Below are positions 63,685 to 64,000 of a stretch of 64,000 nt of DNA, one piece after another. Origin of the DNA: a bacterium (GTDB lineage: Bacteria > Spirochaetota > Spirochaetia > Treponematales > UBA12059); contig DATKVB010000003.1 of NCBI GenBank assembly GCA_035530295.1, positions 85,110 to 149,109 on the forward strand, in the 5' to 3' direction. The notes under the pieces were generated by a model. That model did not search any database and had not been told where the DNA came from. It saw only the letters and a list, made by a program, of their open reading frames with translations. The translations under genes and the position numbers were made by a program. How positions within the stretch are numbered: the first letter of the stretch is position 1; the number at the start of each line of letters is the position of its first letter.

Positions 63685-64000
63685 ATGGCCGACGAGAAGA
63701 AGAAGCCCTCCTGGTTTGGGAAATTGCAGCCCAAAAAGTCTTCGTGCTGCAACGTGGTGATCGAGGAGATCGGCGAAGAAGGCGACCAGCCTTCATGCTG
63801 CGGTGGCTCGACCAAGAAGCAGGACGTGGAGGATGACGAGACCCAGCCGCATCCAGGGACGGTCGCCCATTCGCGCTTGACCATCGAGCTACTGGTGATC
63901 GACCTGGAGACCTGCGCGCGCTGCGTACCGACGAGTGCGCAGCTTAAGGATGCCATCAAGCTGCTGACTCCCGTTGCCAACGCGCTCGATATCGAGCTTG
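63685..64000 (+). CDS. Cys-rich protein, possibly DUF2703-like (5' partial; runs off the window)
   Basis: Own translation from ATG 63685, with a GGTAGGAG SD: MADEKKKPSWFGKLQPKKSSCCNVVIEEIGEEGDQPSCCGGSTKKQ...LTIELLVIDLETCARCVPTSAQLKDAIKLL. Two CC pairs plus CxxC. Not in the ORF track because no stop lies within the window. Confidence 0.5.
   Translation, partial: MADEKKKPSWFGKLQPKKSSCCNVVIEEIGEEGDQPSCCGGSTKKQDVEDDETQPHPGTVAHSRLTIELLVIDLETCARCVPTSAQLKDAIKLLTPVANALDIEL

Noticed and set aside
62766-63980. 404-aa minus-strand ORF at the right end
   Set aside because: It is antisense to the ArsP-like permease and the Cys-rich ORF. The translation is highly charged and low-complexity, with no upstream signals.
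1-64000. CRISPR arrays, rRNA genes, transposases/IS elements, integrases, toxin-antitoxin or recognisable phage-defence genes
   Set aside because: No regularly spaced direct repeats, no rRNA-like sequence, and no ORF with transposase, integrase, nuclease-helicase or defence-type motifs was found when reading all ORFs of 60 aa or more.

Overview
GC-rich bacterial chromosomal segment. Strong G/C third-position bias produces many long antisense shadow ORFs, which I rejected. I support about 55 genes and could not determine the taxon. The gene content fits an anaerobe: fliS, short ParE/ParC-type topoisomerase, a SPOR protein and a ygeW/ssnA/ygfK-type purine cluster.

Layout:
- 1-17.8 kb: mostly housekeeping and signalling. 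Acyl-CoA synthetase, membrane adenylate cyclase divergent from a REC-GAF-PAS-HWE kinase, prfC, alr, a radical-SAM/DUF4130 DNA-repair-like pair, argG-argH, and two orphan ABC-type permeases.
- 17.9-41.1 kb: a roughly 23-kb purine catabolism supercluster, minus strand and heavily translationally coupled. It contains ade, a two-subunit XDH (FeS/FAD plus Moco), an allantoinase-like amidohydrolase, ygfK, ssnA, ygeY, two unusual PLP enzymes, a COG0402 deaminase, ygfM, xdhD and ygeW. A divergent AzgA-type purine permease flanks it.
- 41.2-55.0 kb: housekeeping. AI-2E transporter, SPOR protein, coaE, polA, fliS, J-domain protein, psuK-psuG, parE-parC.
- 55.0-64.0 kb: tRNA-Asn with its 3' end repeated three times (an integration scar), followed by an ArsR-controlled metal(loid)/thiol-redox island. 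The island holds split and intact DUF318/ArsP-type permeases, CPKC thioredoxin-like, DGC, AhpD-like, lipoprotein thioredoxin, CcdA, CDF and TauE genes. A second ArsR / ArsP-like / Cys-rich module runs off the window.

Best candidates for undescribed biology:
- the non-canonical enzyme complement of the anaerobic purine/urate cluster, especially the PLP pair in the place E. coli has ygeX;
- the 10-gene ArsR-regulated thiol-redox/permease operon with its highly symmetric control region.

All family assignments come from motif recognition and remembered homologues. No searches were run.
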